IMG/VR virus record: IMGVR_UViG_3300043788_000049
Span: 23,272 to 87,271 of that record
DNA: 64,000 nucleotides
Origin: a virus
Direction: 5' to 3' (one strand)
Positions 1-9,413 of the stretch are shown piece by piece. Under the pieces are notes generated by a model. The model was not told the DNA's origin. It worked only from the letters and a program-made list of their open reading frames with translations, and made no database searches. Position 1 is the first letter of the stretch, and every line of letters starts with the position of its first letter. The translations under genes and the position numbers were made by a program.

Positions 1-217
1 TATAAAGCGGGTGGGAGCCGTTTAACCACAAAATCCGGTGATGCGCCAGCGTGTCATGGCAAGACCTCGCGCCAAATGACTATCTGATGGTCCGGGTAGA
101 ATTTTCTGGCGATAGGGTCCCAAAAGAAGGTGACATGAAGCTTCAGTCTCTCGCGGATGCGCCCCGTCAGGGCTTCAAAATAAACCCAATCCTCAACTTC
201 TGGCGCTTTGATGGGGG

Positions 218-808
218 TCAGTTGGCGCTCTCGACATAGAGCGTCATCGTGGTCGAAACGCCGGTGGCGCCGGAGCCAGAGATCGCCTCAAGCGTCCAGT
301 AGATGAGCGCGGGGGTCCCGGACTGCAGGCGCAGAGAGACGACCGTCCCTGCTCCGGTCAGCGGCGAGCAGCGGGCGTAAGCCCCGTCGCCGCCCTGGAT
401 CATCGTGCAGGAGAAAGAGCCGAGATAGCCGGCGGAGCCGGTAGCGATGAGATAGGCCGCGCGATCGCCATTGGTCATGGTCGGCGCGGCGGCCCATAGA
501 TCGACCTGGATCGTCTTTGCGGGCCACGCGGTCGAAGTCGGATCGCTTGAAATCAGCCGAACGCCGGTCAGGATTGTCGGTAGACCTCCCGGCGATCCTG
601 GAGGCACGAAGGACGGGATGACGCCATTCGCGGGGGAAATCCATTGAGCGGCGGAATAGGCCGTAGTCTGGGTGGTAAGGGTGAAGCTGCTGCTCGGGTC
701 CGCATCGTTGATGGCGAAGGCGGGAGAGCCGAAGAGAAGCGCGGCCACTAAGGCCAGCCCAGAAAGGTAGGCCGCTAAGGCCAGCCCAGAGAAGATAGAG
801 CGCAGCAT
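218..808 (-). CDS. Hypothetical protein with N-terminal signal-like segment, Thr/Ser/Gly-rich (possibly virion-associated)
   Basis: ORF 218..826, likely start at MLRSIF; hydrophobic N-terminus ending PAFA. Confidence 0.6.
   Translation of the reverse strand: MLRSIFSGLALAAYLSGLALVAALLFGSPAFAINDADPSSSFTLTTQTTAYSAAQWISPANGVIPSFVPPGSPGGLPTILTGVRLISSDPTSTAWPAKTIQVDLWAAAPTMTNGDRAAYLIATGSAGYLGSFSCTMIQGGDGAYARCSPLTGAGTVVSLRLQSGTPALIYWTLEAISGSGATGVSTTMTLYVESAN
743..790. repeat. 27-nt-period tandem duplication (ggcc[a/g]ctaaggccagcccaga x2) encoding SGLALxA twice
   Basis: Copies at 743-763 and 770-790. Confidence 0.85.
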
Positions 809-858
809 CGTGGTGGTCCCTGCCAAGGCGGCCTTCGGAATAGCACGGCGCGAGCCTG

Positions 859-1245
859 TTAGGGAAGGATCAGCGGCGGCCCCTTGACCGTGGCGTCATC
901 GGGTGGGACGAGCCCGGTCTTTTGCTGAAATTCAAGATATTCGCCGGAATTGCAGGGCGTGAAGACGACGCGCGCGCGGTCCCAATCTGGCCTACCGCCC
1001 GAGGCGTCGGCGGTTTCACGGATTTGCGTCTTGACGGCTCTGGTCAGTAAATCATCGATCCGGACGTCCTGAGTGTGCCTACGACACAGATGGCAATCGT
1101 GCATGCTGACGATGGGCTTGCGGATTTTCTCGTGCCAGCCAACGAAGGGGACCAGAGCGCAAGGGGCATACGCGCCGTTTTCATCGCATCCATGCGAGTC
1201 ACAGCGAAACCCGAAGAGAGTGGTCCCTTCAACTCGACGTGCCAT
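859..1245 (-). CDS. Hypothetical Cys/His (zinc-binding-like) protein
   Basis: CDSHGC...CHLCRRH; start MARRVEG abuts the upstream stop. Confidence 0.55.
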   Translation of the reverse strand: MARRVEGTTLFGFRCDSHGCDENGAYAPCALVPFVGWHEKIRKPIVSMHDCHLCRRHTQDVRIDDLLTRAVKTQIRETADASGGRPDWDRARVVFTPCNSGEYLEFQQKTGLVPPDDATVKGPPLILP

Positions 1246-1871
1246 CAGCGGAGCGCCCACTGAACGATCGTGGCGATGAGGGCCACAAAAGCGGACGCGA
1301 CTATCGCTACTAAGCTCCAATCAAGCCGAAGCGGCTTGGAGGAGAATGAAACTTGTGATGGCTGCGTCCTTGTCAGGGACTGCCACACCAGATGCTCATT
1401 GAGCTTCTCGTTCTTGTCCTCGATCGCGCCGAGAACATCCATGGCATGGAATAAAGCTCCGGCGCTATCGACGTAATAAATGCCATGGGGCGGCCCATAG
1501 CCGTGGACGGTCAGCACATTTCCGCCCCAATGGATATTGTAGGCCATCAAAAGGCCATGAGCCGCCTGAGTCGGCGCATAATCCTTGAGCGTCTCGCAAT
1601 ATTCTCTGACCTTTGCGGCATGGTCGGGATTGGCAAAGACCGAATCAGCCGGACAATCGAGCTGGGGCGGAACTTCGGGGATGATGGTGGGGGCGGGGGC
1701 AGGCTGGCTATAGACGCCGGCCTGTTGATAGGTGCCGCCGCCATACGGCTGGGTTGCGAGAACTTGCCCCATCCCCGACAGCCCATTGCCGCCGCCGCCA
1801 TATTGGCTTAGGGCGTGCTGGTAGGCTTGGGTGGCGGCGTTCATCTGCGCGAGCATCGCTGGGTGCATCAT
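1245..1871 (-). CDS. Hypothetical protein, Gln/Gly/Tyr-rich N-terminus and C-terminal TM helix
   Basis: 208-aa ORF coupled to neighbours by stop/start overlap. Confidence 0.6.
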   Translation of the reverse strand: MMHPAMLAQMNAATQAYQHALSQYGGGGNGLSGMGQVLATQPYGGGTYQQAGVYSQPAPAPTIIPEVPPQLDCPADSVFANPDHAAKVREYCETLKDYAPTQAAHGLLMAYNIHWGGNVLTVHGYGPPHGIYYVDSAGALFHAMDVLGAIEDKNEKLNEHLVWQSLTRTQPSQVSFSSKPLRLDWSLVAIVASAFVALIATIVQWALR

Positions 1872-2197
1872 CCACCCGCCACGAAATCGAGCAGCTCGCG
1901 AGCGATTCGGATGAGGTCTGCAGGCGGGGAGCCAGTGGGTAGCGACGAAGCCGCCATTTTCAGGACCTCCATTCTGATTTCCGGGGTGGCGGCGCTTTTG
2001 CCGCCGGATAGCCCCGTTGTCTCTGCGGGACGGTCCTTCATGGACTGCGCTTTCATGAGCGCCTGACGGGTTTCCGGGTCGATCCCAGCGGGGAGGGCTG
2101 GCGGTGCGCCTTCGTCCTCGGCAGGGGCGTTCGGGTCGATCACCTGCTTGGGGTTCGGATTGGTCCCGTCAAAGACATGGACGCGCTCTAAGGGCAC
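1868..2197 (-). CDS. Hypothetical protein
   Basis: ORF 1868..2287, likely GTG start at VPLERVH after GGAG. Confidence 0.5.
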   Translation of the reverse strand: MPLERVHVFDGTNPNPKQVIDPNAPAEDEGAPPALPAGIDPETRQALMKAQSMKDRPAETTGLSGGKSAATPEIRMEVLKMAASSLPTGSPPADLIRIARELLDFVAGG

Positions 2198-2213
2198 ATG
2201 CTTCTCCTTCTTC

Positions 2214-2753
2214 TCAGTCTTCCGAGCTTCGAGGGTTGCGGCCCATTGGCGGGCGCGGCGCAGCCGGCGGCTTTCGGACGCCGCCACTTATCGAACCCTC
2301 GGCGACGCGCTTGGCGTAGGCCAGAATATGCTCGGCCAGCGCTTTCTGGACCTGAACGGGATCGTCATTGCTCAGAACAAGATTGCCCTTGATGTTCGAG
2401 CCCTCAATGTCGGGCGACCGGATGATAAGGGTTATCAGCTTCGAGTGGAACAGCTTCGCGATCTGGGCCAAATCCGCTTGGAGGGCGTGGCCGAGGGCTT
2501 CGGGGAGGTCCTTGGTGATCGGGGCGGCGAGGATGGCGGAGGCGATTTCCTCGTATATGAAATTGGCTTTATGGTCGGGACAATGAGCCCGCGCTATCTC
2601 CGCTGCCCGCTCGAAGGCGAGACGACGTTCAGAGCGGAGAACGCTCGTTGCCCTATCTTGACATTTACATTGAACGTCGGGGGCGCAGAGTAAGGCACAC
2701 CATTTTCGAGCCTCACTTTGTAATTCCCGCGCCCTCTCTTCCATCTCGCTCAT
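2214..2753 (-). CDS. Hypothetical protein
   Basis: Start MSEMEERA with AAGGGG RBS. Confidence 0.55.
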   Translation of the reverse strand: MSEMEERARELQSEARKWCALLCAPDVQCKCQDRATSVLRSERRLAFERAAEIARAHCPDHKANFIYEEIASAILAAPITKDLPEALGHALQADLAQIAKLFHSKLITLIIRSPDIEGSNIKGNLVLSNDDPVQVQKALAEHILAYAKRVAEGSISGGVRKPPAAPRPPMGRNPRSSED

Positions 2754-2956
2754 CTCATCCCCCTTTGGAGCTAGTGAAGAAACTATTCTACACGAACCAA
2801 GTACAGGTCCATGCAATATGATCAATCCGGCTTGACTTAATGCTTCGTCGAGGGTCATGGTATGTTCCCTATCCACCAGCCTTGTATATAATCCAAAGTT
2901 GCTGAGCAGTTACAGCAACTATTAAGCCAGTGATGAACCCGAGTAAAAACAACATC

Positions 2957-3343
2957 TCATTTCCCTTTGGAGTCGGTCAGCGCGGCGCGGGCGAGCAGCA
3001 CCATGCTGCCAGTGCGGAGATTAGGATTTGAAGCGATGTTCTCCAGCGCCTCCCGCAATCGCGCGAGTTCGGATTCGGCTTCCTCTCGCCGTCGGCTTGC
3101 GCTAGCCGCCCATATTCGCCAATGCAGCACATCATCCTCGAAAGGATGCGCGGTTAGGTTCAACCCCGCGACTGTATCTTGCGCCTCCTGCAGCGCGGCG
3201 ATGAGACGGCGGATACTTTTGGCATTGCGAACAATCCACGCGCCGAGATTTTCATAATCGGCTTCGCTGCTAAACTTCGCCGTCTGGTCTATGCGACTAA
3301 GCAATTCCCCAATCAGCGCTTCAATCTCGCTCGGATCGCTCAT
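2957..3343 (-). CDS. Hypothetical coiled-coil phage protein
   Basis: GGAG RBS; ELARLREALENIA...ARAAL motif typical of phage accessory proteins. Confidence 0.65.
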   Translation of the reverse strand: MSDPSEIEALIGELLSRIDQTAKFSSEADYENLGAWIVRNAKSIRRLIAALQEAQDTVAGLNLTAHPFEDDVLHWRIWAASASRRREEAESELARLREALENIASNPNLRTGSMVLLARAALTDSKGK

Positions 3344-3352
3344 TCGGTTCTC

Positions 3353-3562
3353 CTACGATGGGGAGGAAGGAGTGTTTGCTATTTTCTTCTTCGCCTCTTC
3401 AAGGCAATGAATGGCGACTTGGATGAGGTAGGCATTCCGCACATCTGTTGGGTTCTCCCACCACAGCTTTAGATTGCCCTCGGCTTCCCTGACGTTTTTC
3501 TGGGCAGTGTCGCCCAGAGGAAGAACAAATAATCCCATCTCCCTCTCCCTTTCTCTGCTCAA
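3353..3562 (-). CDS. Hypothetical protein
   Basis: Fits the tightly packed minus-strand array. Confidence 0.45.
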   Translation of the reverse strand: MSREREREMGLFVLPLGDTAQKNVREAEGNLKLWWENPTDVRNAYLIQVAIHCLEEAKKKIANTPSSPS

Positions 3563-3780
3563 TCAGGTGAACGCGGAACGAAGGGAGTAGTCATGCCATC
3601 GGCACTGGGGGATGTTGGGAAAAGTGGCGCACTTCCGTCTCTGATGTGTTTTATGAAGCGCTGTTGGACCTCATTGGTGGCAGTATCCCAATCCCATTCG
3701 ATGCCGGTCCAAGCACGAGATGTTTCCTCGTAAAGAGCCTTGGCGGCTTTAACGATCGTCGTTGCTGAAATAGCGCTCAT
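3559..3780 (-). CDS. Hypothetical protein
   Basis: GTAGGAGAACCG RBS, near-identical to the one before 3343. Confidence 0.55.
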   Translation of the reverse strand: MSAISATTIVKAAKALYEETSRAWTGIEWDWDTATNEVQQRFIKHIRDGSAPLFPTSPSADGMTTPFVPRSPD

Positions 3781-3815
3781 TCACGGTTCTCCTACGGCGC
3801 CCAAACGACACGCGG

Positions 3816-4022
3816 TCATGCCGGCCGCTTTGCGGCTTCGACAATCGACTGGACCATGAGGGCGTCGCGGATGATGGTCGCTACGGCCTCCTGGCGGGTT
3901 TTATAGCCAAGGCGGGCGATGAGGCGATCGAACAGGGCGAGGTCCGGCCCCTCGATCGTGACGATGGCCTGGATCCCGATTACCGGGCGCTTGTCGTCTT
4001 CGAGGAGATCATCTTCGGTCAA
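3816..4022 (-). CDS. Small ribbon-helix-helix-like DNA-binding protein
   Basis: VTIEGPDLALFDRLIARLGYKTRQEAVATIIRDAL resembles CopG/NikR RHH. Confidence 0.5.
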   Translation of the reverse strand: MTEDDLLEDDKRPVIGIQAIVTIEGPDLALFDRLIARLGYKTRQEAVATIIRDALMVQSIVEAAKRPA

Positions 4023-4246
4023 AGGCCAGCCTCTTCTGCTGTGAGGATTCGATTATCGCTGCGCCGGTCGAGTTCTTTGGCCGCAGCCCTGAATAATCCG
4101 GCCAAGCGGGCCGCGGGGATAAGATTATCGTCGTCGCGCTGGGTTGCAATGCGAAAGGCGTTGCCGTCGTCCAACTCGACGGTCAGATAAACCCAGACCC
4201 CGTGCTCGTCGCCGCCGTAGTTGATGGCGGTGGATTTGACTTTCAT
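4019..4246 (-). CDS. Hypothetical protein
   Basis: Start MKVKST overlaps the upstream stop (ATGA). Confidence 0.5.
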   Translation of the reverse strand: MKVKSTAINYGGDEHGVWVYLTVELDDGNAFRIATQRDDDNLIPAARLAGLFRAAAKELDRRSDNRILTAEEAGL

Positions 4247-4476
4247 TTGAGCGCCTCGTCGATCATCGCTTGCCAGAACCCTTCTGCAACCTCTGCCGGT
4301 TCTCCGATGATTTCTCCAACGCCGCATGCCGCTACCATCGCCTTGGTCGGCTCGCGCATCGCGGCGATGGCGTCACGCGCGACGGTGCGATGCCAAATCT
4401 TCTGGCGATGATCTAACTCGTCCCATGCATCGCGACCGGCTATCGCTATTGCCACGCGCTCAACCATCTCGCTCAT
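4243..4476 (-). CDS. Hypothetical phage protein (ERVAxAI...AIAAMREPTxAM...WQAMIDEAL type)
   Basis: Motif seen in many alphaproteobacterial phage proteins; similar segment in 8933..9409. Confidence 0.6.
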   Translation of the reverse strand: MSEMVERVAIAIAGRDAWDELDHRQKIWHRTVARDAIAAMREPTKAMVAACGVGEIIGEPAEVAEGFWQAMIDEALK

Positions 4477-4953
4477 TTCTTTCTCCACCAGTCCTCGATC
4501 CTGACGTCCTCGATACGGTGTCTCCGGGCATGCCGTTCGGCCCGGACTGATTCGGCGATCATGAAGGGCGCGATCATCAGCATCGGCAGCAGCCAAATCG
4601 GGATGGTGACAATCGCCAGGACGACGAGGATGATGGTGTGGCTGAGCGGCTCGTCCATTTTATTTCCCTCTCCCAATCCACCACCACAAAAAACAATATC
4701 CGCCCACGAATAGGATCGTGCCGAAGATGAACACAAGGCCGCCCTCATAGGAGCCCTCATTCATCCCAATTAACCGGCTGGCCGCGAGATTTTTGGGCGC
4801 GGGCGCATAAATCTAAGGTCAGAATATCCTTGCGGATTTGCGCGCCCTGCGCCCAGGCCAGCTCCCGCCACGAGTTGCGGTCTGTGACCATCCAGCCATC
4901 GACGATGAATAGAGCCGCCATGATCAGCACGTAGACGGCGACGCAGACCTTGC

Positions 4954-5184
4954 TCATGCCGGCATCCTCTCGATGAACATCTTGTTGATTTCGAACGATC
5001 GCTTTTTCCCCTCCCACCGCACGATCACCGTCTGGGTCGGGTAGTGATCCTTGATCGGGTCGGCCACCACGGTCCCGAAGTCCCCATAGAGGTCGAGCCG
5101 GAGCGAACTTTGCCCCAGGTGCGAGAGGCGGACGATTTCGCCTCTGCGGTAGCGATCGCCGGAGAGATAGGTCACGTCGCTCAT
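4954..5184 (-). CDS. Hypothetical SH3/KOW-like small protein
   Basis: RRGEIVRL...GTVV...VIVRWEG pattern. Confidence 0.45.
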   Translation of the reverse strand: MSDVTYLSGDRYRRGEIVRLSHLGQSSLRLDLYGDFGTVVADPIKDHYPTQTVIVRWEGKKRSFEINKMFIERMPA

Positions 5185-5477
5185 TTGTCCGACTTCTTGT
5201 CTTCTGACGCTGGTTTCTCGGCCAGATGCTCTAGAATCCGCTCAGCTAAGGCTTTCGCATCGGATGGGATCATGACGACAGAGGCACGGACGCCTACTTC
5301 CCTGCCAATATATTGGTCGAAGAAAAATATCCGAATGAGCCCAGGATAGACCATGAAGGCGGCGCTATTGCAGAAAACTGACGGAAAATCTCCATGCTTG
5401 GAAATTGTAATGTCCGCCTCCTGGCTCATGGATGGCCCTCGTTTAATCGCCTCAAATAATTCCTCGATGCGGCTCAT
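5181..5477 (-). CDS. Hypothetical protein (DUF3467-like pattern)
   Basis: SVFCNSA..LIRIFFFDQ..VRASVVMIPSDAKALAERI. Confidence 0.5.
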   Translation of the reverse strand: MSRIEELFEAIKRGPSMSQEADITISKHGDFPSVFCNSAAFMVYPGLIRIFFFDQYIGREVGVRASVVMIPSDAKALAERILEHLAEKPASEDKKSDK

Positions 5478-5776
5478 GGCTTTTTCACCCCCATGACGAG
5501 TTGCGCCCAGGCGCGGCCGTTGAGCGGGCACTGGTGATTGACTTCCGGCGGCTCGGGCTCCGGGAAGGTCGCCCCCACCGTCGCGCGGCTTCGTCGGTGC
5601 TCCGCGTAGCGCGCTTTATATTCCGGGCAATCTCTGGCGGTCATGCCGTCGAAAAGCTGGGCCTTGCACTCGCCGCAGGTCGCCAGCGGCTTGAGGGCCG
5701 GCAATTCGGGCAAGGGCGGCGGCACGGCGGCGGCGGTGACTTTGGGCTTGCGTGGCTTGCGGGGGGTCATCACCAA
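5474..5776 (-). CDS. Hypothetical zinc-finger-like protein
   Basis: CGEC...CP...CPL with basic N-terminus. Confidence 0.5.
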   Translation of the reverse strand: MVMTPRKPRKPKVTAAAVPPPLPELPALKPLATCGECKAQLFDGMTARDCPEYKARYAEHRRSRATVGATFPEPEPPEVNHQCPLNGRAWAQLVMGVKKP

Positions 5777-6240
5777 TTTCCTTCGCCGACGGCCTGACGG
5801 GCGATGAAGATAGCTTGGTCCAGCCGATCGATCGATGAGTGCGCCGGAACGGGATTGTTCTCACGCCATTCCTTGTGCGTCATAAACCGCGCGATTTTCT
5901 TGAGCGCGTCTTCCCAGACCTTCGCGACCCCTGGCTCGGTAAGCCGTGGTTTTGGGGCCTCCACCTTGGCGCAGGCGGAGTTGAGCCGTGCGCGCTGGGT
6001 TGGCGAAATGACCCCGTGGCCCTCGGACACCGCATAAACCTCGCCGCAAATATCGAGCAGTTCGCGGATGGCCAATTCGGAGGGGATCGTTTTTACCGGA
6101 TTGGCGAGCAAGGCCAAGTTCCGGGAGATCGAGGTCAAGACAGTCAGTTGGGTGATCTGAACCAATCCCCTCAAATCCTCTTTAGGAAATGCCCTGCCGA
6201 CTTCCCGAATCAGCGCGTTCACAGCCTCAAGATCGCTCAT
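5770..6240 (-). CDS. Hypothetical protein
   Basis: 156-aa ORF with GGAGG RBS. Confidence 0.55.
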   Translation of the reverse strand: MSDLEAVNALIREVGRAFPKEDLRGLVQITQLTVLTSISRNLALLANPVKTIPSELAIRELLDICGEVYAVSEGHGVISPTQRARLNSACAKVEAPKPRLTEPGVAKVWEDALKKIARFMTHKEWRENNPVPAHSSIDRLDQAIFIARQAVGEGNW

Positions 6241-6790
6241 TTCGCCCTCCGCGCGTGGCTATTCAAATACCGCTCCGGGTTCTTGATCTTCGTCGGCTTG
6301 GTCCCCGCCCGGCGGTGATATTTCGCCCATCGACGAACACCGCCTCGCACCGGCGGCGTCCCGGCCGCATCACGCTCGCTGGATTTGCTCATTCTGCTTC
6401 CCCCTCTTCCTGGCCGCCAGCCTTCGCTCCGCCAGATACTTCCTCAATTCCCGCGCCGCCTGCGCCAGCGCCTTCTTGGCGTCCGCCTCAGCCCATGCGC
6501 GCAGTTCTTCCTCGGTTATTTCCGCTCCCGCTGTAAGCTCTGCCGCCAATCCGGCCCGATCAATCGCGCCCAGACCTTCCCGATCAGCCGGCGACACCGC
6601 CGCTTCGACAGCCTATTACCCAACACCCTCGGAACCCCCAGCCCCAACAATTCCTCCCGCCACCGCTGGTCCCATTTCAGCAGCCACCCCTCCATCGTCG
6701 CACTCCCGAACGGCCCAGCAGCCCCGCTCCGGTAAATCCTCAGCACAACCCGCCGCGGACTTTCCTTCGACACAGCCCGGATCGGCCGCT

Positions 6791-7006
6791 TCATTTCGGG
6801 GCCTTCTTTCGCTCGCGGTATTTCTCGGCGCAGCCACTATCGCAAAACCATAGCCCGTAAACCTTGATCCACGTCCCGGCCTGTAGAGCCCGAAGCGCGC
6901 TCCGTCGCGAATAACCAAGCCCTAAATTCGCCTCCTGGCACCACGGGCAAACTACGCCCCAATCGGCGACAAGCTTCCCATCCCGCGTGTTGTTTGCCGT
7001 CATCAT
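6791..7006 (-). CDS. Small Cys-rich hypothetical protein
   Basis: CPWC...WFCDSGC; ATGA overlap with upstream gene. Confidence 0.5.
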   Translation of the reverse strand: MMTANNTRDGKLVADWGVVCPWCQEANLGLGYSRRSALRALQAGTWIKVYGLWFCDSGCAEKYRERKKAPK

Positions 7007-7506
7007 GCCACGTCCCTCATAATCCGCCGCGCCGTGATTTCGACATCCCGGTTCACAAGCCCAGGCCAAATCGCGATTAGCTTTTCCTCCATCGCCCGCG
7101 CCTGCTCGCGCGTCGCATAAGTCGCCATCTTGATCATCTTCGGCCTCACTCCGTGCTCCTGCATCCAGCAATAGACCGCGCTCTCGCGGCTGTGCATGTG
7201 CGAAAGCCTGCGGGAGGCCATATCCATCGTGATCCCCACATAAATCGGGCGGCGGTCACGAGGATCAATCCAATAATAAACGTGGTGGTAAACCGGCCAA
7301 ATTACGGGGTCCGCTTCTTCCCTCGCCGGTAGTCCTTCATGTAATCCCGCATATATTCCTTGTGATAACGCTGCCTGTCGAAGGGCTGCTTCGTCGCGGG
7401 CTCCGCAGGTTTCGCACTCGGAGGCTCCGGGGGAGGCACTGGAGCCACATTCGGCACAGACAATTTTTCCTCTTTCGGAGAGATGCTGCTTTTCGAAGGG
7501 CGACAT
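7003..7506 (-). CDS. GIY-YIG nuclease family protein with N-terminal CxxC-CxxC ribbon
   Basis: VYYWIDPRDRRPIYVGIT..RRLSH...EQARAMEEKLI..LVN. Confidence 0.75.
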   Translation of the reverse strand: MSPFEKQHLSERGKIVCAECGSSASPGASECETCGARDEAALRQAALSQGIYAGLHEGLPAREEADPVIWPVYHHVYYWIDPRDRRPIYVGITMDMASRRLSHMHSRESAVYCWMQEHGVRPKMIKMATYATREQARAMEEKLIAIWPGLVNRDVEITARRIMRDVA

Positions 7507-7592
7507 GCCGGCTCATCCCAAATGTGGACCTGATACGCGAAATGCCGGTGTTCGCAGATCGAGCACATCGGAGGCTCGGAGGCTTTAGCCAT
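7302..7592 (-). CDS. Small phage protein with CxxCxxxH N-terminus and FDRxxYxxEYMR C-terminus (likely DNA-binding)
   Basis: ORF motifs; promoter-like sequence directly upstream. Confidence 0.6.
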   Translation of the reverse strand: MAKASEPPMCSICEHRHFAYQVHIWDEPACRPSKSSISPKEEKLSVPNVAPVPPPEPPSAKPAEPATKQPFDRQRYHKEYMRDYMKDYRRGKKRTP

Positions 7593-7595
7593 CGT

Positions 7596-7640
7596 GTTAG
7601 ACCTAACGGCTGGGTTTAACGGCGTCAAGTTAGTTCTAAC
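7596..7640 (-). promoter_or_regulatory. Sigma70-like promoter (TTGACG on minus strand) flanked by two palindromic operators GTTAG-N2-CTAAC
   Basis: GTTAGACCTAAC 7596-7607; GTTAGTTCTAAC 7629-7640; cgtcaa at 7623-7628. Confidence 0.55.
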
Positions 7641-7854
7641 GCCAGGAGCAAAATATCGCAACTTGCCCGGAAATTTCTGGCCAGATACCGATCCGAAAAT
7701 TTGGCGAAATCGTCGGTCAGTAGCTGGCGGCGGATCGAGGCTTCTCTTTCCACAGGCCCCCGGGGTCGCGATTTGACCCCCTCCGGCTTTGAGGGGTGGG
7801 GGGCCGCGATCGTTCGAGGTCGCGCGGGATGGTCGCTATGCGGTAGCTACGCCC

Positions 7855-8583
7855 TCACCGCTCGTCAGGTTTACCTTTCGGATCAGAGGCTTGCTCGATT
7901 GGACTGCTACCTTCGCTAGGTAGAGCCTTCCCCTCGATCATCGGCGGGCCGGACTGCATCGCTGCGGCTTGTCGGATGAGGAACGCCACCTTCCGAGCCG
8001 CCTCGATCGAGGTCGAGACGCCAACGTTGAGCTGGTTGACTGTGACATTGGTTGGCGGTGGCTTGTCGTCAGCGAACGCGCCGGTGATTTTGAGAATGTC
8101 TACAAGGGCTTGGCGTTGGTCGTGCAGTTCGATGCGCGCGTGGCCGAACTTCGCGATGATGCCCTTGATGCTGGCTGCAGTTGCGGCGCTCATCTTCGAG
8201 CTGGGCGTCATCCGGACGTCTTCCTCGTAGCCCGTGACCTCGCCATCTGCATTGACGATCGCGCGCCTATCCCATTGAGCGATCTCGCGAATGTCCGTGA
8301 ATGCGATGGCTTCCAGGCGAGCCAATGCGCGTTGCTGCAGGTCGCCCGCTTTCGCTTGGCGGCGCACAAACCTGCGAGTTTGGGCTTTTACTCGGTCATC
8401 GAGGAGCTTTTGGACCTGAGCGGCGATGTCAGGTCGGTGTCTGCGGTGCCAAGCTTCTTGCTTGTTGTCGGAGAAGCCAGCGAGCCTATGGGCCTCGGCG
8501 AGTTTGTGGCCTTCAGCGATAGCGGCGGCGAAGGCGTGGTCACGCGGAGAGAGAGAGGCTCTTTTTTTTTGGTTTAAGGGCAT
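7855..8583 (-). CDS. terS: Terminase small subunit
   Basis: N-terminal HTH (FAAAIAEG..EAHRLAGFS), LEAIAFTDI, IELHDQRQALVDILKITGAF as in Terminase_2-type proteins. Confidence 0.85.
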   Translation of the reverse strand: MPLNQKKRASLSPRDHAFAAAIAEGHKLAEAHRLAGFSDNKQEAWHRRHRPDIAAQVQKLLDDRVKAQTRRFVRRQAKAGDLQQRALARLEAIAFTDIREIAQWDRRAIVNADGEVTGYEEDVRMTPSSKMSAATAASIKGIIAKFGHARIELHDQRQALVDILKITGAFADDKPPPTNVTVNQLNVGVSTSIEAARKVAFLIRQAAAMQSGPPMIEGKALPSEGSSPIEQASDPKGKPDER

Positions 8584-8719
8584 TTGGGGGAGGATATGTG
8601 TTTGTTGCCAGCAAGCCAAGGTGCGGCGGTTGCGGCGAAGTTGGGTTTGGGTTTAATGGCCCAACGCCTTATCAGAGGCGAGCGGTGGCAGGCAAAGGGG
8701 AAGTGGGAGGTAGGAGAGG

Positions 8720-8929
8720 ATGTCGGAACGAGAATGGCCGCTGGTGAGGCTTGAAGGGGCGAGAAAGCCTCATTGTTTTCATCGTGAGGGGGAATGGATT
8801 TGTATCCAGCCCACAAAGCGCATCGGTTCTGGTGAACCAAAGGTCGTAGCCGTGAAAGGAACCGTGCGTGATTTGGCGTTTGCGTGGCGAATGGTCGTCA
8901 CAAGAGCGAAAGCATTGGGATTGGAGTGA
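8720..8929 (+). CDS. Hypothetical protein
   Basis: GGAGAGG RBS, 69 aa. Confidence 0.5.
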   Translation: MSEREWPLVRLEGARKPHCFHREGEWICIQPTKRIGSGEPKVVAVKGTVRDLAFAWRMVVTRAKALGLE

Positions 8930-8932
8930 GGC

Positions 8933-9409
8933 GTGATGGCTGAGACGAGAGAAGCGGTTCTGGAGGCTTCCAATGGCGATGGTGGCTATGATGAGGAAGT
9001 CATTGTGGCCAAGGATGCGGCGAATGCGGCTGGGTTTGACCATGTAGGCGCATATTGCGGGACGAAGATGATGGCTGCGGCTATTGCGGCGCTGGATGCA
9101 CATCGAAAGGCTAAGCGTGAACCAAAGGCTTCTGAGGCCAGCGTAGCGATGAGGGTTGGAAGCGCGGTTAAGGCCGAATGGGAGCGGTTCATGATGGGTC
9201 CGGACGGCGATGATGCTGTCAAAGAGACCCGAGCGCTTGGTCGCGCGGCGTTGGCGGCGCTTCGCGACCCGAATCACGAGATGATCGAGGTTGGCCGAAT
9301 GGAGTTGGGCACCTGGCAGGATATCCCAGGGTCCGGATTGACGGTGGCGCGCGAGAAGATGCGGCGAAGATGGAATGCAATGGTCGAATGGGCGATAGCC
9401 AGAGGGTGA
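8933..9409 (+). CDS. Hypothetical protein
   Basis: GAGG RBS; AALAALRDPNHEMIEVG..WNAMVE like 4243..4476. Confidence 0.6.
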   Translation: MMAETREAVLEASNGDGGYDEEVIVAKDAANAAGFDHVGAYCGTKMMAAAIAALDAHRKAKREPKASEASVAMRVGSAVKAEWERFMMGPDGDDAVKETRALGRAALAALRDPNHEMIEVGRMELGTWQDIPGSGLTVAREKMRRRWNAMVEWAIARG

Positions 9410-9413
9410 TGAG

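Noticed and set aside
2214-6240. Similar N-termini (MSEMEERA, MSEMVERVA, MSDLEAV, MSDPSEIE) as a third tag family
   Set aside because: Short, low-information starts common in phage small ORFs; no invariant pattern
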